A stretch of 64,000 nt of DNA, from positions 193,130,001-193,194,000 of the forward strand of contig OZ024743.1 in the NCBI GenBank assembly GCA_964016885.1, given 5' to 3'. Below, in pieces: positions 41,136-53,515 of this stretch (the first letter of the stretch is position 1; each line of letters begins with the position of its first letter). The notes beneath the pieces were generated by a model that saw nothing but the letters and a program-made list of their open reading frames with translations, had not been told where the DNA came from and searched no databases. Source of the DNA: Eledone cirrhosa. Its lineage: Eukaryota. Both the position numbers and the translations under genes were made by a program.

Positions 41136-41848
41136 TCCGACCTCACACACTTACACCTCTCCAAGACAATGTCACTGGACCGAGACCTTTGGCGGTACTC
41201 AGTAATAGAGAAGACCCGCCTTACCTAAATACAAAGTAAAACCTACTACAGTCAGTAGGCATCTCTAACAAAATACACCCCCCCCCCCCCCCCCACCGCC
41301 CCTTTCAATGTAAAGTTATGTTGGTGCCACAACATCCAGGCCGAAACAAATGAGATCGTGTAGGTGTCACGACAAAAAAAAAACACACAGTCCACGCTGT
41401 AATGTGGCCGTGTAGGCAACACGGTAAAAACCTCCCAGCCCCACACTGTAAATGTGGTTGGTGTTAGGAAGGGCATCCAGCTGTAGAAAACCCGCCAGAC
41501 AGTCCACGCTGTAATGTGGCCATGTAGGCAACACGGTAAAAACCTCCCAGCCCCACACTGTAAATGTGGTTGGTGTTAGGAAGGGCATCCAGCTGTAGAA
41601 AACCCGCCAGACAGTCCACGCTGTAATGTGGCCGTGTAGGCAACACGGTAAAAACCTCCCAGCCCCACACTGTAAATGTGGTTGGTGTTAGGAAGGGCAT
41701 CCAACTGTAGAAAACCCGCCAGACAGTCCTATGCGAGCAAGACAATCACTCTTGCCTCAAGTGGGAAAACCCCCGTCCAAACCCATGCAAGCGTGGAACA
41801 CGGACGTTAAACGTTGATGATGATGATGATGATGATGATGATGTGATG
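41136..41848 (+). mobile_element. RTE 3'-end copy with a triplicated 112-bp 3'UTR unit
   Basis: Near-identical to the reverse complement of 56023-56497; units start at 41387, 41499 and 41611; (TGA)n tail. Confidence 0.9.
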
Positions 41849-42056
41849 AAAGCCAGAATTGTGTATTTTTGAAGCTTTCATCACTCGCGACCAGCCTATG
41901 CATAGACATCAAGATATATTTCAACTTATCTATTTGTAAATAAAGTATGTATATGAATTAGTAGTAGAGATAGCCATGCCATATATTTTTATATAGTTTT
42001 AACTATGAAATGGTTTTATTCATACATGAATAAGTTACTAAATAATCTCTACTTAC

Positions 42057-42213
42057 CCATTGAATGTAGCAGTAGCATCTAAGAAGATGAAGTTCTGATA
42101 ACAAAGCTGTTCTCCCTCACCAGGTTTATTCATATTATATGTTGCATTGGTTCCCCCAGAGATTCCCAGAGTAATATATGGATTCAGAATTGGTTCATCC
42201 CATGCATATGGCA
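42057..42213 (-). CDS. VPS13D: VPS13D exon (LPYAWDEPILNPYITL...CYQNFIFLDATATFNG)
   Basis: ttcttag acceptor, gtaagt donor; 157 nt, phase 1-2. Confidence 0.95.
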
Positions 42214-42729
42214 CTAAGAAAGTAATGAAATAAAAAATGATAATGAGTGTCAGATTTTCATGAAATAAATCTGAAATACCACAAAATTCTTCTACTCAAT
42301 CAATAATTCAGATATTGATCTTAAAATTACCATCCATCACTAGCCCTTTTGATATCAACCCACATGAAACCATCACTGATTTTATAGTACAAAAATGTCA
42401 GTTCATATCTAAATTAAAAACTTCAATCACAATTTTTTGTCAGACCCTCTCATTATGTTCTAAACACCATCTAAATAAGTACAAAGATAATTATTTTAGT
42501 AAATCCCTCTAAATTCTTGATTATTTTCAAAATTAATTAAAACACATAAGCAGTGTATTTCATTAAAAGTATGGTAATGAAAGGGTTAAGTCATATCATC
42601 AAACAACATTCAGTTTTTTTCATTCATTTCGATTAACTAAAATTAATGTTTTCTTTTCACCTCTGCTAAAGAAACTACTGTATGAATGCAATGAAAATCT
42701 TTTCTATCGCAACAAGAAATCTAACTTAC

Positions 42730-42802
42730 ATGATGTCATTGGTTTAATGTATTGCTTCAGTAATGTATTGGTAACTCCAGCTTGGTGATACTGCACTGGA
42801 AT
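42730..42802 (-). CDS. VPS13D: VPS13D exon (IPVQYHQAGVTNTLLKQYIKPMTS)
   Basis: ttaacag acceptor, gtaagt donor; 73 nt, phase 0-1. Confidence 0.92.
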
Positions 42803-44317
42803 CTGTTAATGTCAATGCAAATACATGAGCAAGAATATATAACAGAAAAAATACTTCAGCTAAAATACTGAGGATGTATAAATTAAACAGATCCTATTTA
42901 TCTTCATGATATAACTGCTACATTGCGTTGTTGGAGCGCCATGGAAAACTTTCATCTTCAGGTTGTTGTTTAGACCCAGGTCAGCCCTAATCAAGTAGAT
43001 ATATGACCAAAGATATTCCAGCTGCGACAATCCTGTCTTTTGTTCTAGCAGTGTCTAGAACTACATCATCCATTGTGCCCTTCCTTTGATTAAGATGGTA
43101 AGATGTTATTTGAGAGACTTAGCTGTTATTTGTAGCAGATCATATACTCAGCTAGCTCAGTTGGTAGAACATTAGACTTTATTCAGGTACTATATCTGGC
43201 AAATCAATCAGTCAGTCATGCCTTGCTACATTAAGCCAAGACATTGGCTCTGCAACTATGTGGTTTCCAGTTCAATTCTATTGCACAGTACATTGAGTAA
43301 GTGTCATCTACCATAGGTTTGAGTTGATCAAAGCTTTGTGGGTGAAAATTGTGGAAGCCCGCTGAAGAACTATTCCTGTTCTAGGGTGGTAGACTTAATC
43401 TGTTGGCCAGTCTAACACCACCATCAGGCCCTTGAGTACCTTTAACAGGTTCTGTTCTGTTGTAAACTTTTGGGCCAGGAATCTGGTCTGAGGAAAACTT
43501 CCTTTCTTCTTCTCACTAGTATTGGAGACCATAAAAAGAGTCATATGTATTGCTCTTTTCCAACAAGTCTCAGTGGCCATGAAAAGTGTCATTAGCACTG
43601 CTCTCTCATCACACTAGTTTTAGAAGCGACGAAAAGAGCCATAAGTATGGCTCTTTGACAACAAATCTCAGAGGCCATGAAAAGTGTCATGAGTGCTGCT
43701 CTTCCTTCCCTGATGGCACAGATATGCAAAACATTAAATATACTTGTAATCTATATGTCATATCTTTTATGGAATTTATTGGCAAAAGAGTTATGTTGAA
43801 GAACATGCCACATCAGTGGGAGAATATGAAACGACAACCAAATGGCTGGTAGGCTGATATTTACCAAGATGAAATGTTATATTATTAGTTGACAACACAT
43901 TTTCATATTAGTTGTGCCATAGATATGACAACATCTCTAGTGCTAGTGCCATGAAAAAATGCACCCAACCATAGAAAACTTGTGAAACAAAGGGTCAGTA
44001 GGATTTCTCATCAGCTGTGTCAAGGACAACAACTTCTCTTGTGTTTGTGTCATGATAAAATGCACTTGGTAGACCAAGGGATCATATGTTGAGCCCCTGG
44101 CTTATGTAGAGGTCAGGTACTCTGCCTGAGTACTGACTTGGTCTGTAGCATGAAGACAGATGCATGATGATGATGATGATGAAACATTTGTTGAATGATA
44201 TTTCAAATAGGAAGAAAATGACATCCATATACTGAAAATAAGAGTCAAGTGTTGTAAAAGAAAATATACTAAAAATAATTATCTTCTACAAAAAGAAAAT
44301 TTAATTTTGGAACTTAC

Positions 44318-44441
44318 TAATGAGTAATTATCAATCCGGAAAGGAGGTGGCATATCATCAGAGTTATAGAAGAGCACATGATGTGTGGGTCCCAACAGAA
44401 TGACTTCTACTTTCAGCAGTAAGGAGTTGCCTTGCTCATCT
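44318..44441 (-). CDS. VPS13D: VPS13D exon (DEQGNSLLLKVEV...MPPPFRIDNYSL)
   Basis: gttgtag acceptor, gtaagt donor; 124 nt, phase 2-0. Confidence 0.95.
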
Positions 44442-45419
44442 CTACAACAAAAGACAATAGCATGATATTAACCCAACAAATACATGACCAAGAACAAAGA
44501 ATATTTAGATATGACAAAATCTATCCAGTCTACCATGTAAGGTGGTAGTGCTAGTGCCATGAAAAAAGCTCCTAGTTCACCATGTAAAGGGATAGTGTTG
44601 GCGCAACAACAAAACGCACTCAGCCCATCCTATATAGTGGTAGTGCTAAGACAAAAAGCACCCAGTTCATCCTGTAAGCTGGTAGTGCCAGAGTCATGAT
44701 AAAATGTTCTCAGTCAATGCTGTAAAGTGGTTGGCATTAAGAGCATCCAACTTCAAAAATAGAAGGTATGAGCAGAAAATGGTCATCTGACCTGTCTGGC
44801 CTCAGAATATGACAACTTGTCTAACCTGTGCAAGCTTGGAAAATAGATGTTAAATGGTGAGGATGATATTAGTAAATAGTAATCAATGAAGGACTTAAAA
44901 TCAACCCTTCCTGACCTCTTGGGCAACTACATGAATATCACTGAAAAAATAATTGTTTCTACTTTAGGCACAATGCCAGCAATTACCCAGTGCATTACTG
45001 GTAAAAATAATTGTTTCTACTTGAAAATAAAAAAAGATAATATATGTACGAACTTGACAAAAATCACAATAATACCTCCCCAAAGAACTCAGGCTAAAGC
45101 AATGATGTAAAAAGATTACTGATTTGTGCAGAAAGTGGTATACATTACAGTAGGAAACAGAAGTGCACAAGTGGGCAGATTGAAAGTGTTAAAATAATAC
45201 ATTAAAAGTAGGAAAGTAGTGTTTTATATATAGGCATATGTAATTATTAAAATTAACATTTTTGTCTCTGAAATTATGAAAGAATGTTATGAAACATTCA
45301 CTAATGAACTTTCACCACAGCTGCTATATGCTGGTAACACATTCTAATACAGCAATAAATAGTCTTCATATAAAAACTGATGATAACTCACAAAGGAGCA
45401 TTATATAGGGAAATCCAAG

Positions 45420-45603
45420 CGGGGGATTTGCAGTATCGATAGGTCGGACGCCATGCTTTGACGCATAGAATTACGGCCCTTGCCATTCTGAGTTCAAATC
45501 CCGCCGAGGTTAACTTTGCCTTTCATCCTTACGGGGTCGATAAAATAAAGTACCAGTAATACACTGGGTAATTGCTGACCTTGTGCCAAAAGTAGAAACA
45601 ATT
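45420..45603 (+). mobile_element. tRNA-derived SINE, family 2
   Basis: B-box GAGTTCAAATCCC followed by gcctttcatccttacggggtcgataaaataaagtaccag. Confidence 0.75.
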
Positions 45604-46312
45604 ATATAGAGAAATCGATTAATTGAATCTGCACTTTAATAACATGATTTATACATGATTTAATGTACAATTGACAGTCATTTTAGCTATTCAAAAACAC
45701 ACAAAATATGTTAAATTCATTTAGCATTTATCAAATATTTCTTAGTGTTAAAATTTGTCACACTGTCACCACACTTCTGCATAGTTGACATAGTATCAAT
45801 AATATTTAAGTCAGCCCACGTACATATAAACAAAATAAACAAACAAATAAATAAGTAAAAAAAATCATTTAATAAAGTTATAAAAATAAAAATTACTAGG
45901 CAATGAAATATTAGAAGAGGAAAGCAAAAGCTAGATGATTTGAAAAAACCACCACCATCATTATCATAATTGATTTTACATCCACTTTTTTCCATGCTGA
46001 CATGGATAAGACTTCTTGAAGTATTTTATGGTCAGATAACCTCCCTGATGCCAACACTTACTTGTTTGAAGTAAGATACTTTATTCCACTGGCCTTCAGT
46101 CAATGAACACCGTAGCTCCAGAATATTTGTACAGGAAATTAACACATGTCTGCAGCAAAGTGAAGACGTGGAGACAAACAGACAGAGGCTTGTGTATGTG
46201 TGTATAAACTCATTGTTTGTATGTATATGTATTTGCATCCACAAGACTTTCTGATACTTTACTGTACTAAAAAGTATGGGTTGGCAGCAGAAGGGGCTTC
46301 TGGCTGCAGCAA

Positions 46313-46348
<36 letters not shown>

Positions 46349-46535
46349 CACCAGTACACCTTGTAAAGTGGTTGGCATTAGAAAGGGCATTCAGCTAGAG
46401 AAACCATGCCAAATTTGGAACATATGAGCAAGATGGGTTGATTCGAATTATCTAGTCTTCGACAATGACAATCCGTCCAACCTATGTCAGCAAAGAAAGT
46501 GGACATAAAATATATAAAATGATGGTGATGATATA

Positions 46536-46591
<56 letters not shown>

Positions 46592-46597
46592 CACATA

Positions 46598-47113
46598 TGA
46601 GAGTACTTCAAAGATATTGTGGAAAAGGACAGTTGTAAAAAATGGTTTATGTTATGTTTATTTTTCAACATATGCTCTATCTAGGTCAATACACTTCTGC
46701 AAGTGTTAATACCAGCCTTTAATTTCATCTGTGTAAAACTGAGGGCCATGTGATTTAAACCATGTCAAAGCAGCTTTTTTTTTACATCTGCAACTGGGGA
46801 TCATCTTCAGCCTCATCTCTTCCACTTCTAAACCGACTTATCCATTTGTAGGCTATTGATTTCTTTGGGGCATTGTCCTCATAAACTTGCTTCAGAGCAT
46901 CAATGATTTGGCTGCTCTTCCACCCTAGCTTCACCATGAATTTGACTTCCGACTGGTGCTGCCATGTTGCAACAAGCATTTATGGCTTCATGTTAGAACA
47001 TGTTATGACACATTAATATGAGAATGTACAGGTGCATTGAGATCAAGATCCCTGCAAATGATTTTTAGCTATGTACTTTTTCCACAAACTTTTTGAAGCC
47101 CCCACCCCCCTTG
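46598..47113 (-). mobile_element. Internally deleted irritans-subfamily (Hsmar2-like) mariner with both TIRs
   Basis: Imperfect TIRs cttcaaagatattgtggaaaa/ttttccacaaactttttgaag with TA flanks; KFMVKLGWK..DALKQVYEDNAPKKS..YKWI.RF; C-terminal QKCIDLDRAYVEK*. Confidence 0.85.
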
Positions 47114-47276
47114 TATATATATATATACTCATGATGGGCTTCTTTACAGTTTCTGTTTATCAAAGCATTGGTTAGCCCAAAGCTATAGTGGAAGACACTT
47201 GTCTAATGCATTGAACTTGAAATTATGTGGTTGCGAAGTGAACATCATAACTGAATAGCCATATCCCCATGCTTAC

Positions 47277-47458
47277 CGTATGTTAATATGGAAGGAATCC
47301 ACTTTATCAATCCTAAAACCACCTGACCAGCAAAAGACCTTAGAGTCATCAAGAACCTTCACACAAAGAAGTGGATCAAAATCAACACGGGGCCAATGAA
47401 AAGGCATTGAACTCTTTGGGGGAGCAACCAAGGAATATTTCAGTTGTTCTTTTGGGTC
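47277..47458 (-). CDS. VPS13D: VPS13D exon (DPKEQLKY...FHWPRVDFDPLLCV...WSGGFRIDKVDSFHINIR)
   Basis: ttccag acceptor, gtaagc donor; 182 nt, phase 0-2. Confidence 0.96.
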
Positions 47459-48143
47459 CTGGAAAAAAAAATGAAATATTCTTACTACATACCTTCATGT
47501 TGATTTTTAAAAATAGAATCCCCAAAATGCAGTAAAAAGTAAGTAAGGAAGAAACATTCTAAGACAAATTATGAGGAATGCCACCCAAGTAATCTAATAT
47601 TTTGTGATTTTCATATTCATTGACAAAGTGTTGAATTCTGGCTGCACTATATATTTCTCTTTGAGATGTGAAATTTCTGCAGTTGCAATATACTGTTTGA
47701 TCATTACGTTGTCTTTTAATTGTTCCTTTTTGAAGATTTAGAAAAAAAATTCCAGATTCTAAGATGGAAATTTTTGACATTGAATTTTTTTTGTTGTTAA
47801 TAAAATGCAACATATTTACTCTGTGAATAAAAAAAATTAAATAATGTGTGGTGATGTATATTTTCTCAGTGAACAAAAAGGGGGATGATAAATTTACCAA
47901 TAAAGTATTAGGCTTGACAATGTGTATTAGGCTCACAATGTAAGTATCTTGCAATGAAATTACAAGTGATGTATTTATATCAATATAATTACCTGTGATG
48001 AATTTACACTGAACCATATTGGTTTCCTTCCAATGCAATGAGATACACAGAAAGTTGAAATATCACCAATAAAAGTAGTCGAAATATATGTATTTAAAAA
48101 ACAGTGAAAATAAAGGACTGATAATGGGATTAACGTTACTTAC

Positions 48144-48288
48144 TGGTTCTGTAGTAAAATGCTGTTGGATAATAGATAGTTTATACTGTGACTGATTATC
48201 CATACAGTAGCGTGGAGCAAAAGTGACAATGTTGGTATCACAGTACATGCCACAACCTCGTTTTACTTCCATACCAATGGTAAAAACT
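48144..48288 (-). CDS. VPS13D: VPS13D exon (VFTIGMEVKRGCG...FAPRYCMDN...FTTEP)
   Basis: aatcag acceptor, gtaagt donor; 145 nt, phase 2-0. Confidence 0.95.
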
Positions 48289-49008
48289 CTGATTTGAAGA
48301 AGAAAAAAAGACTAAATAATAAGCAAAAAATATTGATTTCAGATAAATGGGCTAACACCAAGAAAAACTTCTTCCAAACAATCCAACTTGGGAATATCTA
48401 TGTGGTCATTAAAACTGCTAGAAACAGCAGCCAAATCTCCTTCAAATTAGAGAAGATTTCTTTTTAGCAATATAACTTGCATAATTAAAAAGTAAAATGA
48501 ACTAAGATTAAGTAGGACAATGGCATGAATTTAGATAAATAAGTTAACTGGTGATGTAATGAGTGACAACTGATCAAAGCAAACCTAAATAGACTATATG
48601 ATGCTGATAAGATCCAATAAAGCCAAAACATTTTCCTAGTTGTTCTTTTGTCTGCAAACAATGATTTTCCCATAAGTATATAAATTTAGGGAAATTCTAA
48701 ATTTCTTGAAATTATCTCCTTTTTGTTTGAGTGTTGTAATTTTGTTTAACATGTCATTCAGTACATCATTCTTTAACTTATCTAAATTAATGAAATTGGT
48801 CCTCTTAAGGTTTTTTTTTTTATTAGTAAATACAGTCCTAGTTATCAAAATGACAAGATAATCATAGCCGGAATGCCTTTGCTCATATGTCAGTATAACC
48901 AAAGTTGACCTGTAGCTAAACAACAAGAAAAATAAAGCAAATGACATTACTAAGTATATGCTAACTAAAAGCAGTGATGGTACAAAATAATTTTACAAAG
49001 TTTCTTAC

Positions 49009-49089
49009 CTATTAGGACTATTTGTAGCTTTAGAAGAAATGTGTACTTGGCGTGTACCAATGCCACTGTCCAATGTAAAACGAGGACAC
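49009..49089 (-). CDS. VPS13D: VPS13D exon (CPRFTLDSGIGTRQVHISSKATNSPNR)
   Basis: attccag acceptor, gtaag donor; 81 nt, phase 2-2; skipping it would create TG|A, a stop codon. Confidence 0.92.
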
Positions 49090-49159
49090 CTGGAATTAAA
49101 TTTAGAATAAAAAAATCATTAGCCAGAGTGAGAACAGGATGAAGGAAGTTCAGAGAACC

Positions 49160-49600
49160 TTCCACAACAGGTCCCGTGGAACACAGTCATATGCTTTTTC
49201 GAGGTGTATGAAAAATGCATACACCTATTAGTAATACTACCATGATAGCTTGAAGACTTGCCTCAGTGTAAATATTTGGTTGGCTGTGCTGCATATGGGG
49301 GTAAAAACCAGACTGTTCATCAGCTAACTTGGATTCGACAATATCCCTGCATCTCTTTGCTAGACACTTAACATAGCCTTTACCAGAGAGGCTTAATAAG
49401 GAGATCCCTCTATAATTGGATCAATCTCTCTTGTCTCCCTTTCTGAAAATTGGGATTATCACTTCCAATTGTTATTGCTAAGGAGCCTTTCCAGAGATCC
49501 AGGCCACCTGGCACACATGAGTCAGCCAGAGAATGCCTTCTGCATTTAAGGCTTTTAAAATCTTGGGTGAATTTCATTCTCTCAAGTGGCCTTGCAGCAT
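49160..49600 (-). mobile_element. Degenerate LINE RT fragment from a different RTE-like family
   Basis: PIFRKGDKRD*SNYRGISLLSLSGKGY..IVESKLADEQSGF..KAYDCVPR. Confidence 0.7.
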
Positions 49601-50388
49601 TTGAGCTCTTTGATTGGAAGATTTTTTTTGTTTACTGCAAAGTTAAAGAATTCTCTCCACTACATAGACTGACTTCTTTCAAGGCAAGTTTGATGGAGGG
49701 TGTGATTAGAATGGGAATGATGCTCAAGAACAGAAAGGAGAAGAGTAACATAATATGGAAGGAGAGGTGAGTAATAGATAGCAACTGAAGTGTGAAAGTA
49801 TGTGAGAACAGTAGATGTCAGATAAGTTAAAGTAGTAGTGTTGAACAAAGATTAAAATATATTTATTTTCCTTTTTAAATTAATGACTAGCAGAAAACCA
49901 CCCGGTGGGCGGTTTTCTGCTAGCAAATCTAGTGTATATACTGATATTGTTGAGATTTGGATGAGAAATGTTTTCGGCACCACATGTTCACCGTCTCTCG
50001 GTGTGTCTTTTATGCATGTATAAATATATATGTTATCTATACGGTGAAATCTTTGAAATAAATATATGTTAAAACGAAAAAGGAGAAAAAGAGATTAGTG
50101 ACGGAAATATAAACGTTATACATAAACGTTATGATATAACGATGGAAATATATCTTCAAATGGTCCTTGGCATGGTGTCAAGTCAGAACCGCCTCGAACT
50201 GGTTACTTCTGGCTTGTGCAAGGTGTCTCTATAGCAACCAGCGATTCCCTCGGCCTCAGTGACCAAAGTCAGTGGAGAGGGGAAGGTAATGTTTCTATAG
50301 CGACAGTGTTTCTCTTGATAGTACCGAAGTGGAGAAAGGAAGGGGAAGGTAATATTTCTGTAGCACCTACATTTGAGTTTTAGGGAAG

Positions 50389-50426
<38 letters not shown>

Positions 50427-50435
50427 GAAATGCCC

Positions 50436-50444
50436 ATATATTTC

Positions 50445-50513
<69 letters not shown>

Positions 50514-50588
50514 CACACACAGAAATGTATATATATTTCTGTGTGTGTATATATATATTACACACACAGAAATATATATATATATTTC

Positions 50589-50639
<51 letters not shown>

Positions 50640-50695
50640 CACACACAGAAATGTATATATATTTCTGTGTGTGTATATATATATTACACACACAG

Positions 50696-50745
<50 letters not shown>

Positions 50746-50772
50746 CACACACAGAAATGTATATATATTTCT
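50436..50772. repeat. Compound (TA)n / palindromic (acacacagaaat..atttctgtgtgt) tandem array
   Basis: Alternating inverted CA/TG arms separated by long TA runs. Confidence 0.85.
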
Positions 50773-50892
50773 TAGAACAAAATTATTATTAATGTTTTGC
50801 TGTTCATAACAATTGGAATTGAAAAATTACTTTTGAAATTATTAGTTATTTTACTAATGCTTAGATATGTAAAAATGAAGCAATGTTTCTAA

Positions 50893-51083
50893 TAATTGTT
50901 TCTACTTTTGGCACAAGGCCAGCAAATACTCAGTACATTACTGGTACTTTATTTTATCGACGCCGTGAGGATGAAAGACAAAGTTAACCTCGGCGGTATT
51001 TGAACTCAGACCGTAAAGGGACGTAACTCCATGCTATGAAGCATGGTGTCTGACTCTCTACAGATTCTGCCAATCCACCGCCC
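50893..51083 (-). mobile_element. tRNA-derived SINE, family 2
   Basis: Reverse-complement match to 45420-45603. Confidence 0.75.
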
Positions 51084-51780
51084 TAATGTCTGTACGTAAT
51101 GAGGGAGTGAGAGGGGAGAGAAAGAAAGGCAGAGGTGAAGTGACGAAGTGACTCTCTCCTCCTCCTCCATCTCCCCATTCGTCACAGCGATAGAGGGGAG
51201 GAATGTTAGTGTGTTACAAAGAGTGAAAGTGAGAGAAACAGACAGACTAAAAGAAAGGGATAGCTGGAGAGAGAGAGAGAGAGATAGCAACCATGCGCGC
51301 ACGTGTTTCCACTGTCGGACAGACAGACAGAGAAATTGCTGGTTATATATTATAAGGTGATTTCAGCAAAGGAGGTGGAGTGGTAGAAGTGACAGAGCAC
51401 TAAACTAAATACTTTTCAGTAATTAGTTATGTCTCAACATTCTGAAATCAAATCCAATCTACATTTCATATTTCCTGGGTTGATTAAATTACTGTGAGTC
51501 ATGTATTAGGTTAACCCCTCAATTCCCTTTTTTACTAATGTAAAAAAACCAATATTTATGTTATCTACTTAAAACTAACTCTTACCTCACCCTGTGAATT
51601 TAATAAACAGAATTAAAAAACAACAAAGAAACGATAGATAATAAAAATAATAGCAATTCAGATTGTTTGAGAAATTCTTCATAAAAACAATTGGTTGTTT
51701 ATCATGCAATATGGCAAACTATTCCTTACAACTAAGGTAGAAGCATATATCAAAATAAATTGTTATAAAGTATTTCTTAC

Positions 51781-51837
51781 CATTGAAGAAGTATACTCTC
51801 AGATGCCACTGTTTGTTTTCCAGCTCTCATAGAACAT
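51781..51837 (-). CDS. VPS13D: VPS13D exon (CSMRAGKQTVASESILLQW)
   Basis: ttctcag acceptor, gtaag donor; 57 nt, phase 2-2. Confidence 0.9.
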
Positions 51838-52457
51838 CTGAGAAAGAAAAAAAAAATATAAACACAAACACACACACATATATATATTTTATGTCTGTTT
51901 TTTCCATGCTGGCATGGGTTGGACATACATACATGTATGTATATATGTATGTGTGTGTGTGTGTGTACACGCATGCACACATTTTTTAACTCTTAACATC
52001 CTGTAATGATTTAGCAGAAAATATCTAAAAATGGCTTTGTTAAATCAAATCTTTTTAGTACCTTTACTAGTGGATGAAAGACACTGCCTATGATTTTCAA
52101 ATAATTTTGAAGATAATCAAGAATTTGGAGGGATTTTGTAATATAACTTTCTCATTATTAAGTTGGCATTTTGAACATAACTTAAAGGTTTTTAAATAAA
52201 ATTATAATAGGTTTTTAGATAAATGTAAACACTTTAAAATATAGTTTTGTATCATAAAACAAATGGTGTTTTCAGGTAGGTTGGTATCAAAAGAGTTAAA
52301 TAAGATACATGAGATGATGTAGTCCTACACATCCTTAAAACAATAGGATAATCACTGCTTGAATGCCTTTGATCATAACAATCTTAGATGAGGATTGAGC
52401 TGGGGCTAATAAACAACAACACCCAAACTGCAAAATGAACACCAAAAAATTAAAGCA

Positions 52458-52572
52458 GAAAAAAAAGAAAAAAAATGAAAAAAAAGAAAAAAGGAGAAAA
52501 AAGAAAAAAAAGAAAAAAAAGAAAAAAAAGAAAAAAAAGAAAAAAAAAGAAAAAAAAAGAAAAAAAAAGAAA
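52458..52572. repeat. (A8G)n-like polypurine tract, read as U-rich just after a donor on the gene strand
   Basis: Directly visible. Confidence 0.85.
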
Positions 52573-52579
52573 CACATAC

Positions 52580-52746
52580 CTTGTTGGACATTCTTTGTCA
52601 GTAAAACTGAAAAGTAAAGGTGTGACACTTTTTGCTCTCTCGTGGTCGTCTGACTGACCTGCAGCTTCCTGTCTGGTGCTATCTTGTTTGAAAATCAAAG
52701 GGATGCCAGATTTATTGACAAGCCAATAGGGAGCTGAGATTTGGAG
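52580..52746 (-). CDS. VPS13D: VPS13D exon (LQISAPYWLVNKSGIPLIFKQ...PLLFSFTDKECPTR)
   Basis: ttggcag acceptor, gtatgt donor; 167 nt, phase 0-2. Confidence 0.96.
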
Positions 52747-52853
52747 CTGCCAACAGAAAACATAAAATAGGATCACTGTTAATGTTTTTTCAGCAAGTGC
52801 ATTGGAGTATAAAGTTCCAACAAACTAACATGGAATATGGTTTTAGTTCTTGT

Positions 52854-53082
52854 TTAACCCTTTAGCATTTAAACTGGCCCTATCTGGCCAGAATTTCCTC
52901 ACCTCTTTCTGGTTAAACTGGTTGTAACTGGTCACTCATACTGATGTTATGGTATTGTTCTCAAAATAAATAATTTCAAAATCTCATAGATTTGATATTA
53001 TGCAAGATAATTATGTGAGGTAAAGCATTTACTGTGAAAATATAATACTATATATAGAGTAATGTAAATTCTAAAGGGTTAA
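52854..53082. mobile_element. piggyBac-type MITE family 1; other copies at ~34245-34460, 35955-36150 plus 39983-40013, 54028-54220 and 61463-61680
   Basis: TTAA-CCCTTTAGCATTTA...TAAATTCTAAAGGG-TTAA: TTAA target duplication with CCC/GGG termini; conserved interior. Confidence 0.85.
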
Positions 53083-53335
53083 AGGTTTTTCTATGCTTTT
53101 ATTGGGAAAGGCATGATGGTCAAAATATTCCAATCCAATTCTTTATGTTTTGAGTTAAATATGCCACCAAGGAAAACTTTGCCTTTCATCTTCCCAGGGT
53201 TGATAAAATAAAGCAACAGTCAAATACTAGGGTTGATTTAATCAACTTTGCCCATCCCACAAAATTGCTGGCCTCGTGCCCAAATTAAAAGTCAATATTT
53301 AACAGACTTTCTTTGATTCAATGACTAACTCTCAC

Positions 53336-53515
53336 CTTAAGGGCTCCTCCTTTGCGTGCAATGATGCGTACAGTCAGAGCCAACATTCTAGCTTCACTAT
53401 CGTATAGTTCAAATCTGGCTTTGTAATTGATAGTTCCTGGAGGGATCATCAACTCATTACATTCTCGGAAGTTTTCCAGTTGGATTCCTAGTTCAAGGTG
53501 CTGGCTCATGTCAGC
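53336..53515 (-). CDS. VPS13D: VPS13D exon (ADMSQHLELGIQLENF...RKGGALK)
   Basis: attcag acceptor, gtgaga donor; 180 nt, phase 0-0. Confidence 0.94.

Larger units (their letters stand above)
49886..51357 (-). mobile_element. Possible non-autonomous Helitron-like segment(s), interrupted by microsatellite and a SINE
   Basis: Minus-strand ...ctgCTAGt 3' end beside a GC-rich hairpin; 5'-like ends with (GTCT)n at ~50430 and ~51350; similar start tctatataatactaaaa at ~21277. No coding evidence. Confidence 0.4.

Noticed and set aside
45377-45415. Hammerhead at CTGATGA
   Set aside because: The ctcc/ggag hairpin is not directly followed by GAAA, and there is no stem III or stem I.
50183-50809. ORFs rich in YI/CV/HT repeats (also 2212-2583, 15351-15551, 20770-21039, 46378-46671)
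   Set aside because: Translations of TA/CA microsatellites.
52335-52657. Poly-Lys or poly-Phe proteins
   Set aside because: Translations of the A-rich tract; only 52580-52746 is exonic.
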